Shown: one piece after another, positions 38,014-47,643 of the stretch
Numbering within the stretch: the stretch's first letter is position 1
How the letters are laid out: every line of letters starts with the position of its first letter
Assembly: GCA_035429805.1 (NCBI GenBank)
Contig: DAOMFL010000003.1
Location: forward strand, 7,677-71,676
Length of the DNA: 64,000 nt
Direction of reading: 5' to 3'
DNA from: Burkholderiaceae bacterium
GTDB lineage: Bacteria > Pseudomonadota > Gammaproteobacteria > Burkholderiales > Burkholderiaceae_F
Notes under the pieces: model-generated
The model's database searches: none
What the model was told of the DNA's origin: nothing
Seen by the model: the letters and a program-made list of their open reading frames with translations, nothing else
Program-made: the position numbers and the translations under genes

Positions 38014-38868
38014 TCAGCGCGCAACCGTGGCGAGCCAGTCGCCGACGAGGGGCCAGAGCGCGGCGCCATGGCGGCGACGGAAGAAGCCGAAGTGGCCGAT
38101 GCGGTCGGCGCCGATCTCCGCCGGCATCACGCGGCGCATCGTCCGCGGCGCGCCTGCATAGAAGGAATGCAGCGAATCCGTATTGCGTGCCGACATGTAT
38201 TCGTCGTCCGTGAACGAAAGCGAGAGGATAGGCTGCTGCAGCGCTGCGTAGGTGACGCGCCACTGCGGATCCTCGACCCCGAACAGATAGTCCGGACTCA
38301 GGCACCACGAGCGCCACTGGCGCATGACGCCCGCCGGCACATTGCCGATCATGTTCAGCTTCTGTCCCGGAAAGTAGCCGAACAGCGGCACCAGCGTCGG
38401 GACAATCAGGTACCAGAGCAGCGGGGCGATGCGCTTCAGGCCCGGCGTGTAGTCGCGCCAGTAGCCGCTGCCGGCCGCCACGGTGGACATCGCGGAGACC
38501 CGTCCGGCATTCGGCAGCAGCCCCAGGATCTGCCCGCCGAGGCTATGGCCGACCCACAGCAGCGGCTTTCCTGAGCTGCGCTCGGCCGTCCAGTCGACCA
38601 GGCTCGCAGCGTCGATCTGCGCCCACGTCAGCACATCGGCCTTCAGGCCGCGCAGCGAACCGTGCCGCGAACGGCCCACGCCGCGGTAGTCGAACGTGAC
38701 GGAGAAGTAGCCCTGATCGGCCAGCCAGTGCGCGAACGGCGCGTAGTACTCCTGCTCGACTCCCATCGCCGGGACGATCAGCACGGCGGCACGCGCCGCC
38801 CGGGCATCGCCGAACGAGTGCGCCGACAGCTGATACCCGTCCCTGGCCGCGACGGTCGAGTGCTTCAT
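38014..38868 (-). CDS. Alpha/beta-hydrolase
   Basis: 284 aa, nucleophile elbow GHSLGG, preceded by a VLIVPAMG core strand. Confidence 0.75.
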   Translation of the reverse strand: MKHSTVAARDGYQLSAHSFGDARAARAAVLIVPAMGVEQEYYAPFAHWLADQGYFSVTFDYRGVGRSRHGSLRGLKADVLTWAQIDAASLVDWTAERSSGKPLLWVGHSLGGQILGLLPNAGRVSAMSTVAAGSGYWRDYTPGLKRIAPLLWYLIVPTLVPLFGYFPGQKLNMIGNVPAGVMRQWRSWCLSPDYLFGVEDPQWRVTYAALQQPILSLSFTDDEYMSARNTDSLHSFYAGAPRTMRRVMPAEIGADRIGHFGFFRRRHGAALWPLVGDWLATVAR

Positions 38869-39046
38869 CCCTGCTCCGCTGTGCCGGCGAACTCCTGGAG
38901 GGAGGCGTCCGCCATGCCCCTGCGCGCCGAGCGACGCGCAGCCTGCTACTGCAATCGCGCGCGGGCGCCGGGACGGAGCCCACCCGCCACTTCACACACC
39001 GGGGTGCGCGCGCGATGGGCTCACCCCATCGCGCTCACCCGCGGCG

Positions 39047-40246
39047 CTAAACGCGCTCGAAGATTCCGGCAGCTCCCATGCCCGTGCCGACGCACATCGT
39101 GACCATGCCGTACTTGAGGTTGTTCCGGCGCAGCGCGTGCACGACGGTGGCCGAGCGGATCGCACCGGTGGCACCGAGCGGATGGCCCAGCGCAATTGCG
39201 CCGCCCATCGGATTCACCTTGCTGCGGTCGAGCCCGAGGTCATTGACGACTGCCACCGCCTGCGCCGCGAAGGCTTCGTTCAGTTCGATCCAGCCCATGT
39301 CTTCGGCCTTGAGCCCCGCAATCGCGAGCGCGGCCGGGATCGCGTACTTCGGGCCGATGCCCATGATCTCCGGCGGCACGCCCTTGATCGCGAAGCTGAC
39401 GAAGCGCGCCAGCGGCGTCAGGTTGAACTGCTTGATCGCCTTTTCCGAGGCCAGGATAAGTGCGCCGGCGCCGTCGGAGGTCTGCGAGCTGTTGCCTGCC
39501 GTCACGCTGCCCTTGGCGGCGAACACCGGCCTCAGCCTGGCAAGCGCCTCGAGCGTGGTGTCGGCGCGCGGGCCTTCGTCGAGTTCGACCTTGCGCGACT
39601 TCACGTCGAGTTCGCGCTTCGCGAGGTTCGGGAACTTCTCCATGACCTCGACCGGCGTCATCTCGTCCGCGAAGTGGCCGGCCTTCTGCGCCGCGATCGC
39701 CTTCTGGTGCGACTCGTAGGCGAACTGGTCCTGCATTTCGCGCGTGACCTTCCACTGGGCAGCCACCTTTTCGGCCGTGATGCCCATGCCGTAGGCAATG
39801 CCGACGTTCTCGTCCTTGTCGAAGATGTGCGCGTTGAACGACGGCTTGTTGCCGGACATCGGCACCATGCTCATCGACTCGGCGCCGCCGGCAATCATCA
39901 CGTCGGCCTCGCCGACCCGGATGCGGTCTGCCGCAATCGCGACGGCATTGAGCCCGGACGAGCAGAAGCGGTTGATCGTCATGCCGCCAGTGGTGTTCGG
40001 CAGGCCGGCGAGCAGTACGGCGACGCGCGCCATGTTCAGTCCCTGCTCGGCCTCGGGCATCGCACAGCCGATGATCGCGTCCTCGACCGCCTTCGGGTCC
40101 AGGCTCGGCACCTGCTTCATCGCGGAGCGGACCGCGGCGACGAGCAGGTCGTCGGGCCTCACGTTGCGGAACGCGCCCTTGGGCGCCTTGCCGATCGGCG
40201 TGCGCGTCGCGGCGACGATATAAGCGTCTTGAACTTGTCGGGTCAT
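39047..40246 (-). CDS. Acetyl-CoA C-acyltransferase (3-ketoacyl-CoA thiolase)
   Basis: 399 aa from ATG 40246 (GGAG RBS). Active-site regions NRFCSSGL, ...GNSSQTSDGA..., CVGTGMG. Confidence 0.9.
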   Translation of the reverse strand: MTRQVQDAYIVAATRTPIGKAPKGAFRNVRPDDLLVAAVRSAMKQVPSLDPKAVEDAIIGCAMPEAEQGLNMARVAVLLAGLPNTTGGMTINRFCSSGLNAVAIAADRIRVGEADVMIAGGAESMSMVPMSGNKPSFNAHIFDKDENVGIAYGMGITAEKVAAQWKVTREMQDQFAYESHQKAIAAQKAGHFADEMTPVEVMEKFPNLAKRELDVKSRKVELDEGPRADTTLEALARLRPVFAAKGSVTAGNSSQTSDGAGALILASEKAIKQFNLTPLARFVSFAIKGVPPEIMGIGPKYAIPAALAIAGLKAEDMGWIELNEAFAAQAVAVVNDLGLDRSKVNPMGGAIALGHPLGATGAIRSATVVHALRRNNLKYGMVTMCVGTGMGAAGIFERV

Positions 40247-40334
40247 TCTCTCTGGCTCCAGCATCTTGATCATTTGGCGGGGAGTTCCAAGAGGGGCTGC
40301 CAGGCCCCTCTTGCGTCCGATAAGTCCGGCAAAG

Positions 40335-40369
40335 CCGGAAAGCCGGTCAGTTCCTGACCGGCTTTCCGG
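40335..40369 (-). other. 16-bp perfect hairpin spanning the stop codon of the 3-hydroxyacyl-CoA dehydrogenase gene
   Basis: CCGGAAAGCCGGTCAG-TTC-CTGACCGGCTTTCCGG. A second hairpin, CAAGAGGGGC/GCCCCTCTTG, lies at 40288-40313 in the same intercistronic gap. Confidence 0.5.
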
Positions 40370-42764
40370 TCTGCAACATTCCCATAATGCGTTCCTGCGT
40401 CTTCGGGTGATTCACAAGCGTCACGAAGAAGCTGCGCTCGAGGTCGAGCAGCCACTGCTCATCGACGAGCGCACCGGCCTCGACATCGCCGCCGCACATC
40501 GCGTCGGCTATGCCGCTGGCGATGAAGAAGTCATGCGCGCTGATGAATCCGCCGTCGCGCATGTTCGCGAGCTGCGCCTTGATCGTCGCGACTCCGGTGC
40601 GGCCGGCGACCGGGAACCCAAGCGGCACCAGCGGCGGACGGTAGCCGGTGGCCTGCAGCGCGAAGGCCTCGCCAACCGCGGTCCACAGCAGCTCGTAACT
40701 GTTGAAGACGATGGTGTCGGTCGGCCGCAGGTAGCCCATGGCCTTGGCCTCGAGCGCCGACTTCGACACGTTGGCCGTGGCCACGTTCATGAACCAGTTC
40801 TTCATGAACGGGAACACGTCGGACATCCCGGCCGCCTGCGCCGCCTGCGCGGCGCGCAGCGCACCCTCCTTCAGGCCGCCCGAGCCGGGGACCAAACCAA
40901 CACCGATCTCGACCAGCCCGATATAGCTTTCGAGCGAGGCGACCGCCTTCGAGCAGTGCAGGATCAGTTCGCAGCCCCCACCGAGCGCCATGCCGCTCAC
41001 CGCGGCGATCGTCGGCACCTGCGCGTACTTCAGCCGCATACACGCGTCCTGCATCTTCTTCGCCTCGACGCCGATTGCCTTGCCGCCGCCGCTCATGAAG
41101 ACCGGCATCATCGCCTGCAGGTCGGCGCCGACGGAGAACGGCTCGTCAGGAGACCAGATCACGAGCCCGCGGTACTGCGCCTCGGCCAGCTCGATTGCCT
41201 TCAGCAGACCGGCAATCACGCCCGGCCCGATCGCGTGCACCTTGGTCTTGATCGACATGATCAGGACCTCGGCGGCGAGGCCGGACTCCAGCGTCCACAG
41301 CCGCACCGACTCGTCCTCGAACACCGTCTTGCCGCCGGTCGCACCGGTGGGTGCACCCTCGCCCGCAAGCGGGGCGCGGAAGATCTGGCGCGCATAGACC
41401 GGCAGCGTCGAACGCGCGATGAACTTCTTCTGCGCCGGTGACCACGAACCTGCGGAGGTGTGCACACCGTTGGCCTTGGCGACCGGTCCGTCGAACACCC
41501 ACTTCGGCAGCGGCGCCTTCGATAGCGCTTCACCGGCCTCGATGTCGGCCCGCACCCACTCCGCAATCTGCTTCCAGCCCGCCGCCTGCCATGTCTCGAA
41601 GGGACCCGTGGCCCAGCCGAAGCCCCAGCGCAGCGCAAAATCGACGTCGCGCGCCGTGTCGGCGATCGACTCGAGATGCACCGCGATGTAGTGGAACGCG
41701 TCGCGGAAAATGGCCCACAGGAACTTCGCCTGCGGGTGATCGGTTTCGCGCAGCAGCTTCAGGCGCTCTGCCGGATCCTTCTTCTTCAGGATGCGAACCA
41801 CCAGCTCGTCGGCCTTGCCACCGCTTTCGACGTACTCGCCCTTTTTCGGGTCAAGCACCTTGATCGCCTTGCCTTCCTTGCGATAGAAGCCGGCGCCGGC
41901 CTTCTGGCCCAGCGCGCCCTTCTCGACCAGTGCCTTAAGCACCGGCGGCGTGGCGAAGTTCGACGCGAACGGATCGACCGACGCCGGCAGCGTGTCCTGC
42001 ATCGTCTTGATCACGTGCGCCATCGTGTCGAGGCCGACGACGTCCGCCGTGCGGAAGGTCGCGCTCTTGGCGCGGCCCAGCTTGCTGCCGGTGAGGTCGT
42101 CGACGACGTCGTACGCCAGCCCGTACTTCTCGGCTTCCTTGATCGTCGCCAGCATGCCGAAGATGCCGACACGGTTGGCGATGAAGTTGGGCGTGTCCTT
42201 CGCGCGCACCACGCCCTTGCCGAGCGTCGAGGTGAGGAAAGTTTCGAGATCGTCGAGGATCGCCGGCTGCGTCGCCGGGGTCGGGATCAGCTCGACCAGG
42301 TGCATGTAGCGCGGCGGGTTGAAGAAGTGCACGCCGCAGAAGCGTGCCTTGAGGCCCGCGTCCATCACCTCGGCGAGCTTGGCGATCGGCAGACCAGACG
42401 TGTTCGACGCGAAGATTGCATCGTTGCGGACGTAGGGTGCGACCTTCCTGTACAGGTCGTGCTTCCAGTCCATGCGCTCGGCAATCGCCTCGATGATGAC
42501 GTCGCAGCCCCGGAGCAGCTCGAGGTGCTCCTCGTAGTTCGCGGCCTGGATGTACTGCGCATCGTCCTTCACGCCGAGCGGTGCCGGGCTCAGCTTCTTC
42601 AGGTTGTCGATCGCCTTCAGCACGATGCCGTTCTTCGGGCCGTCCCTGGCCGGCAGGTCGAACAGCACGACCGGCACCCTGGCGTTGACGCAATGCGCCG
42701 CGATCTGCGCGCCCATGACGCCGGCGCCGAGCACGGCGACCTTGCGTACGACGAAGTTGCTCAT
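40347..42764 (-). CDS. Bifunctional 3-hydroxyacyl-CoA dehydrogenase / enoyl-CoA hydratase (N-terminal dehydrogenase type)
   Basis: 805 aa. N-terminal Rossmann VAVLGAGVMGAQIA, central 3HCDH C-domains, C-terminal crotonase-like part. Confidence 0.9.
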   Translation of the reverse strand: MSNFVVRKVAVLGAGVMGAQIAAHCVNARVPVVLFDLPARDGPKNGIVLKAIDNLKKLSPAPLGVKDDAQYIQAANYEEHLELLRGCDVIIEAIAERMDWKHDLYRKVAPYVRNDAIFASNTSGLPIAKLAEVMDAGLKARFCGVHFFNPPRYMHLVELIPTPATQPAILDDLETFLTSTLGKGVVRAKDTPNFIANRVGIFGMLATIKEAEKYGLAYDVVDDLTGSKLGRAKSATFRTADVVGLDTMAHVIKTMQDTLPASVDPFASNFATPPVLKALVEKGALGQKAGAGFYRKEGKAIKVLDPKKGEYVESGGKADELVVRILKKKDPAERLKLLRETDHPQAKFLWAIFRDAFHYIAVHLESIADTARDVDFALRWGFGWATGPFETWQAAGWKQIAEWVRADIEAGEALSKAPLPKWVFDGPVAKANGVHTSAGSWSPAQKKFIARSTLPVYARQIFRAPLAGEGAPTGATGGKTVFEDESVRLWTLESGLAAEVLIMSIKTKVHAIGPGVIAGLLKAIELAEAQYRGLVIWSPDEPFSVGADLQAMMPVFMSGGGKAIGVEAKKMQDACMRLKYAQVPTIAAVSGMALGGGCELILHCSKAVASLESYIGLVEIGVGLVPGSGGLKEGALRAAQAAQAAGMSDVFPFMKNWFMNVATANVSKSALEAKAMGYLRPTDTIVFNSYELLWTAVGEAFALQATGYRPPLVPLGFPVAGRTGVATIKAQLANMRDGGFISAHDFFIASGIADAMCGGDVEAGALVDEQWLLDLERSFFVTLVNHPKTQERIMGMLQTGKPVRN

Positions 42765-42837
42765 CAGATTCTCCGTTGTGTTTCCGAAACTTCTTCTTGT
42801 CTTGTTCCCGTGCTTCGGTTTGCCGTCACAGTGCCGC

Positions 42838-44649
42838 TCAGAACGCCTCGGCCGGCATTTCCATCAGCGTGGTCGATCCCGCGCGCGCCGTGCGAATCAA
42901 TGTCGCCGTTTCCGGCAGCAGCCTCTGGAAGTAGAAGCGCGCAGTCAGCAGCTTGTGCTTGTAGAACGGGTCCACCGAGGCACCGTCGGCCTTGACGCGA
43001 TCGACCGCGACCTTCGCCATGCGCGCCCAGAAGTACGAGAAGACGAGGTGCCCGACGACGCGCAGGTAGGGCACCGCTGCCGCGCCAACCTCGTCGCGGT
43101 TGGCCATCGCCTTCATGCCGAGTTCCATCGTCAGCTTCTGCACCTTGTTGCCGATGTCGGCAAGCGGCGTCACGAACTCGTCCATGTCGGGGTTGGTGCC
43201 GTTCTCTTCGATGAACTCGGTCACCATCTTGCCGAAGGCGCGCAGCTTCGCGCCGTTGTCGAGCAGGATCTTGCGGCCCAGCAGGTCGAGCGACTGGATC
43301 GCGTTGGTGCCCTCGTAGATCATGTTGATGCGGGCGTCGCGCACGAACTGCTCCATGCCGTTCTGGCGGATGTACCCGTGTCCGCCGAACACCTGAAGGC
43401 ACTCCGAGGCGCACAGGAACCCGTTGTCGGTCAGGAAAGCTTTCACGATCGGCGTCATCAGCGCCATCATGTCCGCGCCGAACCTGCGCTGGTCCTCGTC
43501 CGGGTGCGAGATCTGCGTGTCGGCCATCAGCGCCACCCAGTACGCGAACGCCCGTCCGCCTTCAGCGTAGGCGCGCGCGGTCAGAAGCTTCCGGCGCACA
43601 TCCGGATGCACGATGATCGGATCGGCCTGCTTCTCCGGGTTCGTCGGACCGGCGAGCGCCCGGCCCTGGATGCGCTCGTTCGCATAGGCCACGGCGTTCT
43701 GGTAGGCGACCTCCGTCATGCCGAGCCCCTGCACACCCACACCCAGCCGCGCCCCGTTCATCATCACGAACATCGCGTTAAGCCCCTTGTTGGGCTCGCC
43801 GACGAGCCAGCCCGTCGCGCCGTCGAGGATCATCTGGCAGGTGGCGTTGCCGTTGATCCCCATCTTGTGCTCCAGTCCGCCGCAGAAGATGCCGTTGCGC
43901 GCGCCGATCTTCGCGTCGGCGCCGCTGCCGGTCGGCACGAACTTGGGCACGATGAAGAGCGAAATGCCCTTGGTGCCGTGCGGCGCATCCGGCAGGCGCG
44001 CGAGCACCAGGTGGATGATGTTCTCCGCCATGTCGTGCTCGCCCGAGGAGATGAAGATCTTCTCTCCTGTCAGCTTGTAGCTGCCGTCGGCCTGGGGCTC
44101 GGCCTTCGTCCGCAGCATGCCAAGGTCGGTACCGCAGTGCGGCTCGGTCAGGCACATCGTCCCGGTCCACTGGCCGGAGACCATCTTGGGCAGGTACAAA
44201 TTCTTCTGCTCGTCCGATGCATGACGCAGCAGGCATTCGTATGCGCCGATCGTCAGGCCCGGGTACATTGCCCAGGCCTGGTTGGTCGAGTACTGCATCT
44301 CGTAGAAGATGATCTGCAGCAGGTGCGGCAGGCCCTGGCCGCCGTACTCGTGCTCGGCGGCGAGGCCCTGCCAGCCTGCCGCGCGGAACGCGTCGTAGGC
44401 TTCCTTGAATCCCGTCGGCGTCTTCACAGACTTGGTCGCGGGATCGAGCACACAGCCTTCCTCGTCGCCCGAACGGTTGATGGGCAGGAGGATTTCCTCG
44501 CAGAACTTGCCGGCCTCCTCGATCACATGGTTGACGAGGTCCGCATCGAGTTCTGCGTAGCGCGGCATCTCCTTCAGCGCATCGACGACGCCGAGCACCT
44601 CGTGCAGGACGAATTGCTGGTCGCGTAGCGGGGCCTTGTAGGACGGCAT
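42838..44649 (-). CDS. Large acyl-CoA dehydrogenase with extra C-terminal domain
   Basis: 603 aa, GGAG RBS. ACAD N, middle and C domains (..LTEPHCGTDLG.., ..QVFGGHGYI..) plus a C-terminal helical extension. Confidence 0.9.
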   Translation of the reverse strand: MPSYKAPLRDQQFVLHEVLGVVDALKEMPRYAELDADLVNHVIEEAGKFCEEILLPINRSGDEEGCVLDPATKSVKTPTGFKEAYDAFRAAGWQGLAAEHEYGGQGLPHLLQIIFYEMQYSTNQAWAMYPGLTIGAYECLLRHASDEQKNLYLPKMVSGQWTGTMCLTEPHCGTDLGMLRTKAEPQADGSYKLTGEKIFISSGEHDMAENIIHLVLARLPDAPHGTKGISLFIVPKFVPTGSGADAKIGARNGIFCGGLEHKMGINGNATCQMILDGATGWLVGEPNKGLNAMFVMMNGARLGVGVQGLGMTEVAYQNAVAYANERIQGRALAGPTNPEKQADPIIVHPDVRRKLLTARAYAEGGRAFAYWVALMADTQISHPDEDQRRFGADMMALMTPIVKAFLTDNGFLCASECLQVFGGHGYIRQNGMEQFVRDARINMIYEGTNAIQSLDLLGRKILLDNGAKLRAFGKMVTEFIEENGTNPDMDEFVTPLADIGNKVQKLTMELGMKAMANRDEVGAAAVPYLRVVGHLVFSYFWARMAKVAVDRVKADGASVDPFYKHKLLTARFYFQRLLPETATLIRTARAGSTTLMEMPAEAF

Positions 44650-44661
44650 TGCGTGATCTCC

Positions 44662-45363
44662 TTACTTCGTGGCGCGTGCCGACCGCGTCTGCGCCGGTCG
44701 GCGGGATGAAACGGAACGGGAGCGCGGTGCCGCAGCACGCGCGTCCTCGATGAGACGGCGCAGTCCGGCGCGGGCACGCCGGGTGCCGTCGGCCGAGCGG
44801 AGCAGGCGCGCATCCTGGTGCATCGCCAGCATCAGCCCGTAGATCTCGAACACCATCTGCTGCGCGTCGACGCCGCGGCGCAGATGCCGCTCGGCGACCG
44901 CCTGGCGGATCGCCTTCAGCAGTTCAGCCTTCCAGCCGGCGATGATCGCGACCATCTCGTCGCGCTGCGGGCCGGGGCGGTCGTCGTATTCGACGGCGCC
45001 GGCAATCATGATGCAGCCGCGGGTGATCTCGCGCGCGAGAAAGGCGACCCAGCGGTCGAGGATCGCCTCGAGGCGCGGCAGCCCGCGCGGCTTCTTCACC
45101 GCGGGGCGCAGCACCTCGTCGACGAAGCGGCGCACGTACTCCTTGAGGACCGCCAGCTGCAGATCCTCGCGCGAGCCGAAGTGCGCGAACACCCCGCTTT
45201 TGCTCATCTGCATCTGGTCGGCGAGCGTTCCGATGGTCAGACCTTCCAGCCCATCGCGGCTGGCCATCGCCAGAGCCGCGTCGACGATGGCCGCGCGCGT
45301 CTGGTCGCCCTTGCGGGGACGCAGGGCGGTCGCGATGGATGACAGCGCACTGGCGATGGGCAT
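44662..45363 (-). CDS. TetR/AcrR family transcriptional regulator
   Basis: 233 aa, HTH LTIGTLADQMQMSKSGVFAHFGSREDLQLAVL. First gene of the beta-oxidation gene string. Confidence 0.85.
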   Translation of the reverse strand: MPIASALSSIATALRPRKGDQTRAAIVDAALAMASRDGLEGLTIGTLADQMQMSKSGVFAHFGSREDLQLAVLKEYVRRFVDEVLRPAVKKPRGLPRLEAILDRWVAFLAREITRGCIMIAGAVEYDDRPGPQRDEMVAIIAGWKAELLKAIRQAVAERHLRRGVDAQQMVFEIYGLMLAMHQDARLLRSADGTRRARAGLRRLIEDARAAAPRSRSVSSRRPAQTRSARATK

Positions 45364-45407
45364 GCTGGAAATCCGGCAGCCGGACGCGGCCGCCAGAAGC
45401 AGAAGAA

Positions 45408-45419
45408 ACGAACGTTCGT
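45408..45419. promoter_or_regulatory. Candidate TetR operator (12-bp perfect palindrome)
   Basis: ACGAACGTTCGT, 45 nt upstream of the TetR start codon, within GAAACGAACGTTCGTAC. Confidence 0.4.
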
Positions 45420-45471
45420 ACTATTTCCGAGATGACGCCCCGCGGTCAACCGGGGTTCTAGAGGCTCGGGC

Positions 45472-46386
45472 CTATTGGTGCAGCGCGGAATCTGCTTCGG
45501 CGGCCGCGAACGCGCGTGCGATGTGGTCGACGAAAAGCCGCACCTTCAGCGAAAGGTGCCGTCGGCTCGGATACACGGCCCAGATGTCGCTGCCACCCGC
45601 CCGGTACTCAGGCAGGACGCGCACCAGTTCGCCGCGTTCCAGCGCATCCCGCAGCAGGAAATCGGGCTCGTTGATGACTCCCAGGCCGCGGATGGCGGCC
45701 GAGCGCAGCGCGTCGCCGCTGTTGGCATGCAGGCTGCCGGTGACGCGCACTTCGTGCACCTCTCCGGCTGCATCGGTGAAGCGCCATAGGCGCAGCGCGC
45801 TCGAATACGCGTACGTCAGCGCGTTGAACTTCGACAGGTCCGCCGGCGCGCCCGGCACGCCGTGCTTCTTCAGGTACGCCGGAGACGCACAGGGCACCAG
45901 TCGCGTCGAACCGAGCCGCCGCGCCACCAGCCGGTCGCTGCCCACCGGACCGACCCGGACTGCCAAATCGAAGCCTTCTTCCACCAGATCGACGAAGCGG
46001 TCCGACACCGAGAGCTCGAACTTCACCTGTTCGTGCTGCTCGGCGAAAGTGGCGATCGCTGGGGCCACGCGCTGATCGGCCATGCTGTAGGAGCAGGTAA
46101 TGCGGATCGTGCCGCGCGGCTCGGCGGCGGCGAGACCGGCGATGGCTTCGGCCTCGGCCAGATCGGCAAGCAGCGTGACGCAGCGCTCGTAGTACGACTG
46201 GCCGCTTTCGGTCAGCGACAGCCGGCGCGTTGTCCGGTTCAGCAGCCGCGCGCCAAGATGGTGTTCCAGATCGGCTACGAGCCGCGACAGCGACGACGTG
46301 GAAAGCCCGACCCGTTCCGCTGCGCCGACGAAGCTGCCTGACTCCACAGTCCGGACGAACGCCTCCATCGCCTGCCAACGGTCCAT
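45472..46386 (-). CDS. LysR family transcriptional regulator
   Basis: 304 aa, HTH FVGAAERVGLSTSSLSRLVADLEHHLGARLLNRTTRRLSLTESG. Divergent from the DoxX/GST/dioxygenase genes. Confidence 0.9.
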   Translation of the reverse strand: MDRWQAMEAFVRTVESGSFVGAAERVGLSTSSLSRLVADLEHHLGARLLNRTTRRLSLTESGQSYYERCVTLLADLAEAEAIAGLAAAEPRGTIRITCSYSMADQRVAPAIATFAEQHEQVKFELSVSDRFVDLVEEGFDLAVRVGPVGSDRLVARRLGSTRLVPCASPAYLKKHGVPGAPADLSKFNALTYAYSSALRLWRFTDAAGEVHEVRVTGSLHANSGDALRSAAIRGLGVINEPDFLLRDALERGELVRVLPEYRAGGSDIWAVYPSRRHLSLKVRLFVDHIARAFAAAEADSALHQ

Positions 46387-46500
46387 GCCTCATTATCCCA
46401 ATTTTCGGGACAATGTTTCTTTTCTTATGATCTTTATCGCGCGCTTCGGGATATCTAGAGTTCGTTCTGTCCGGCGCCTGCCGCCGGGAACCCGAACCCG

Positions 46501-46941
46501 ATGGAGAAATTCATGATCGACACCAAGACCGCCCCTTACGCCGCGCTGATCCTGCGCCTCGCCCTCGGCGCGATGTTCGTGGCCCACGCGCTGCTCAAGC
46601 TCCTCGTCTTCACGCTGCCCGGCACCGAGCAGTTCTTCCAGTCGCTGGGCCTGCCCGGCGCGCTGGCCTACATCACCTTCGGCGCCGAACTGGTCGGCGG
46701 CGTGATGCTGATTCTGGGCGTCGGCACCCGCTGGGTTGCCCTCGCACTGGTCCCGATCATGCTCGGCGCCACGTGGGTCCACCTTGGCAACGGCTGGCTG
46801 TTTTCCGCGCCCAAGGGCGGCTGGGAATATCCGGTGTTCTGGACGGTAACCCTGTTCGTCCAGGCCCTGCTCGGTGACGGCGCCTATGCGTTGGGCCGCC
46901 GCTTCACTAGCCGCGCGACCCCGCGCCTGCAAGCCGCCTGA
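46501..46941 (+). CDS. DoxX family membrane protein
   Basis: 146 aa, four hydrophobic helices, DoxX-like LRLALGAMFVAHALLKL. Alternative ATG at 46513. Confidence 0.8.
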   Translation: MEKFMIDTKTAPYAALILRLALGAMFVAHALLKLLVFTLPGTEQFFQSLGLPGALAYITFGAELVGGVMLILGVGTRWVALALVPIMLGATWVHLGNGWLFSAPKGGWEYPVFWTVTLFVQALLGDGAYALGRRFTSRATPRLQAA

Positions 46942-46970
46942 TCAACCCCATCTGAAGACAAGGAAGCTAG

Positions 46971-47588
46971 ATGAAGCTCTATTACTCCCCCGGCGCCTGC
47001 TCGCTGTCGCCCCACATCGTCGCGCGCGAGGCCGGCCTGCCGGTCACCCTGGTGAAGGTCGACCTCAAGGGCAAGAAGACGGACACCGGCGATGACTACC
47101 ACGCACTCTCCGGCAAGGGCTACGTGCCGCTGCTCGAACTCGACGACGGCACGCGCCTCACCGAAGGACCGGCCATCGTGCAATACCTGGCCGATCGCGC
47201 GCCGGCATGCAAGCTCGCGCCCGCGAACGGCACGATCGACCGCTACCGGTTGCAGGAATGGCTCAACTTCATCACATCGGAGCTGCACAAGCAGTTCTCG
47301 CCGCTGTTCGACCCGACGATGCCCGAGGAGGCCAAGGCGAAGTTCCGCGCCAAGATCACTGGCCGCCTCGACTGGATCGTAGGGCAGATCGGCAACCACC
47401 CGTACCTGATGGGCCAGGACTTCACGGTGGCCGACGCGTACCTCTTCACCGTGCTCAACTGGGCGCAGTACACCGGCATTGACCTGGCGCGCTGGCCGCT
47501 GCTCGTCGCCTATGTCGCCCGTGTTGCCGCGCGGCCTCAGGTGCAGGCGGCGTTGACGGAAGAAGGCCTGCTCAAGAAGGCGGCCTGA
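46971..47588 (+). CDS. Glutathione S-transferase (beta class-like)
   Basis: 205 aa, MKLYYSPGACSLSPHIV..., GST N and C domains. Confidence 0.9.
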   Translation: MKLYYSPGACSLSPHIVAREAGLPVTLVKVDLKGKKTDTGDDYHALSGKGYVPLLELDDGTRLTEGPAIVQYLADRAPACKLAPANGTIDRYRLQEWLNFITSELHKQFSPLFDPTMPEEAKAKFRAKITGRLDWIVGQIGNHPYLMGQDFTVADAYLFTVLNWAQYTGIDLARWPLLVAYVARVAARPQVQAALTEEGLLKKAA

Positions 47589-47597
47589 TCGACCCTA

Positions 47598-47625
47598 GCC
47601 ATGCCGCGTGCCGACGCGGCATGGC
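47598..47625 (+). other. 11-bp intercistronic hairpin between the GST and dioxygenase genes
   Basis: GCCATGCCGCG-TGCCGA-CGCGGCATGGC, with no T-tract following. Confidence 0.4.
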
Positions 47626-47643
47626 GCACACTGCGGACCAACG

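Noticed and set aside
42550-44628. 692-aa plus-strand ORF
   Set aside because: It is antisense to the acyl-CoA dehydrogenase gene, which has clear ACAD motifs.
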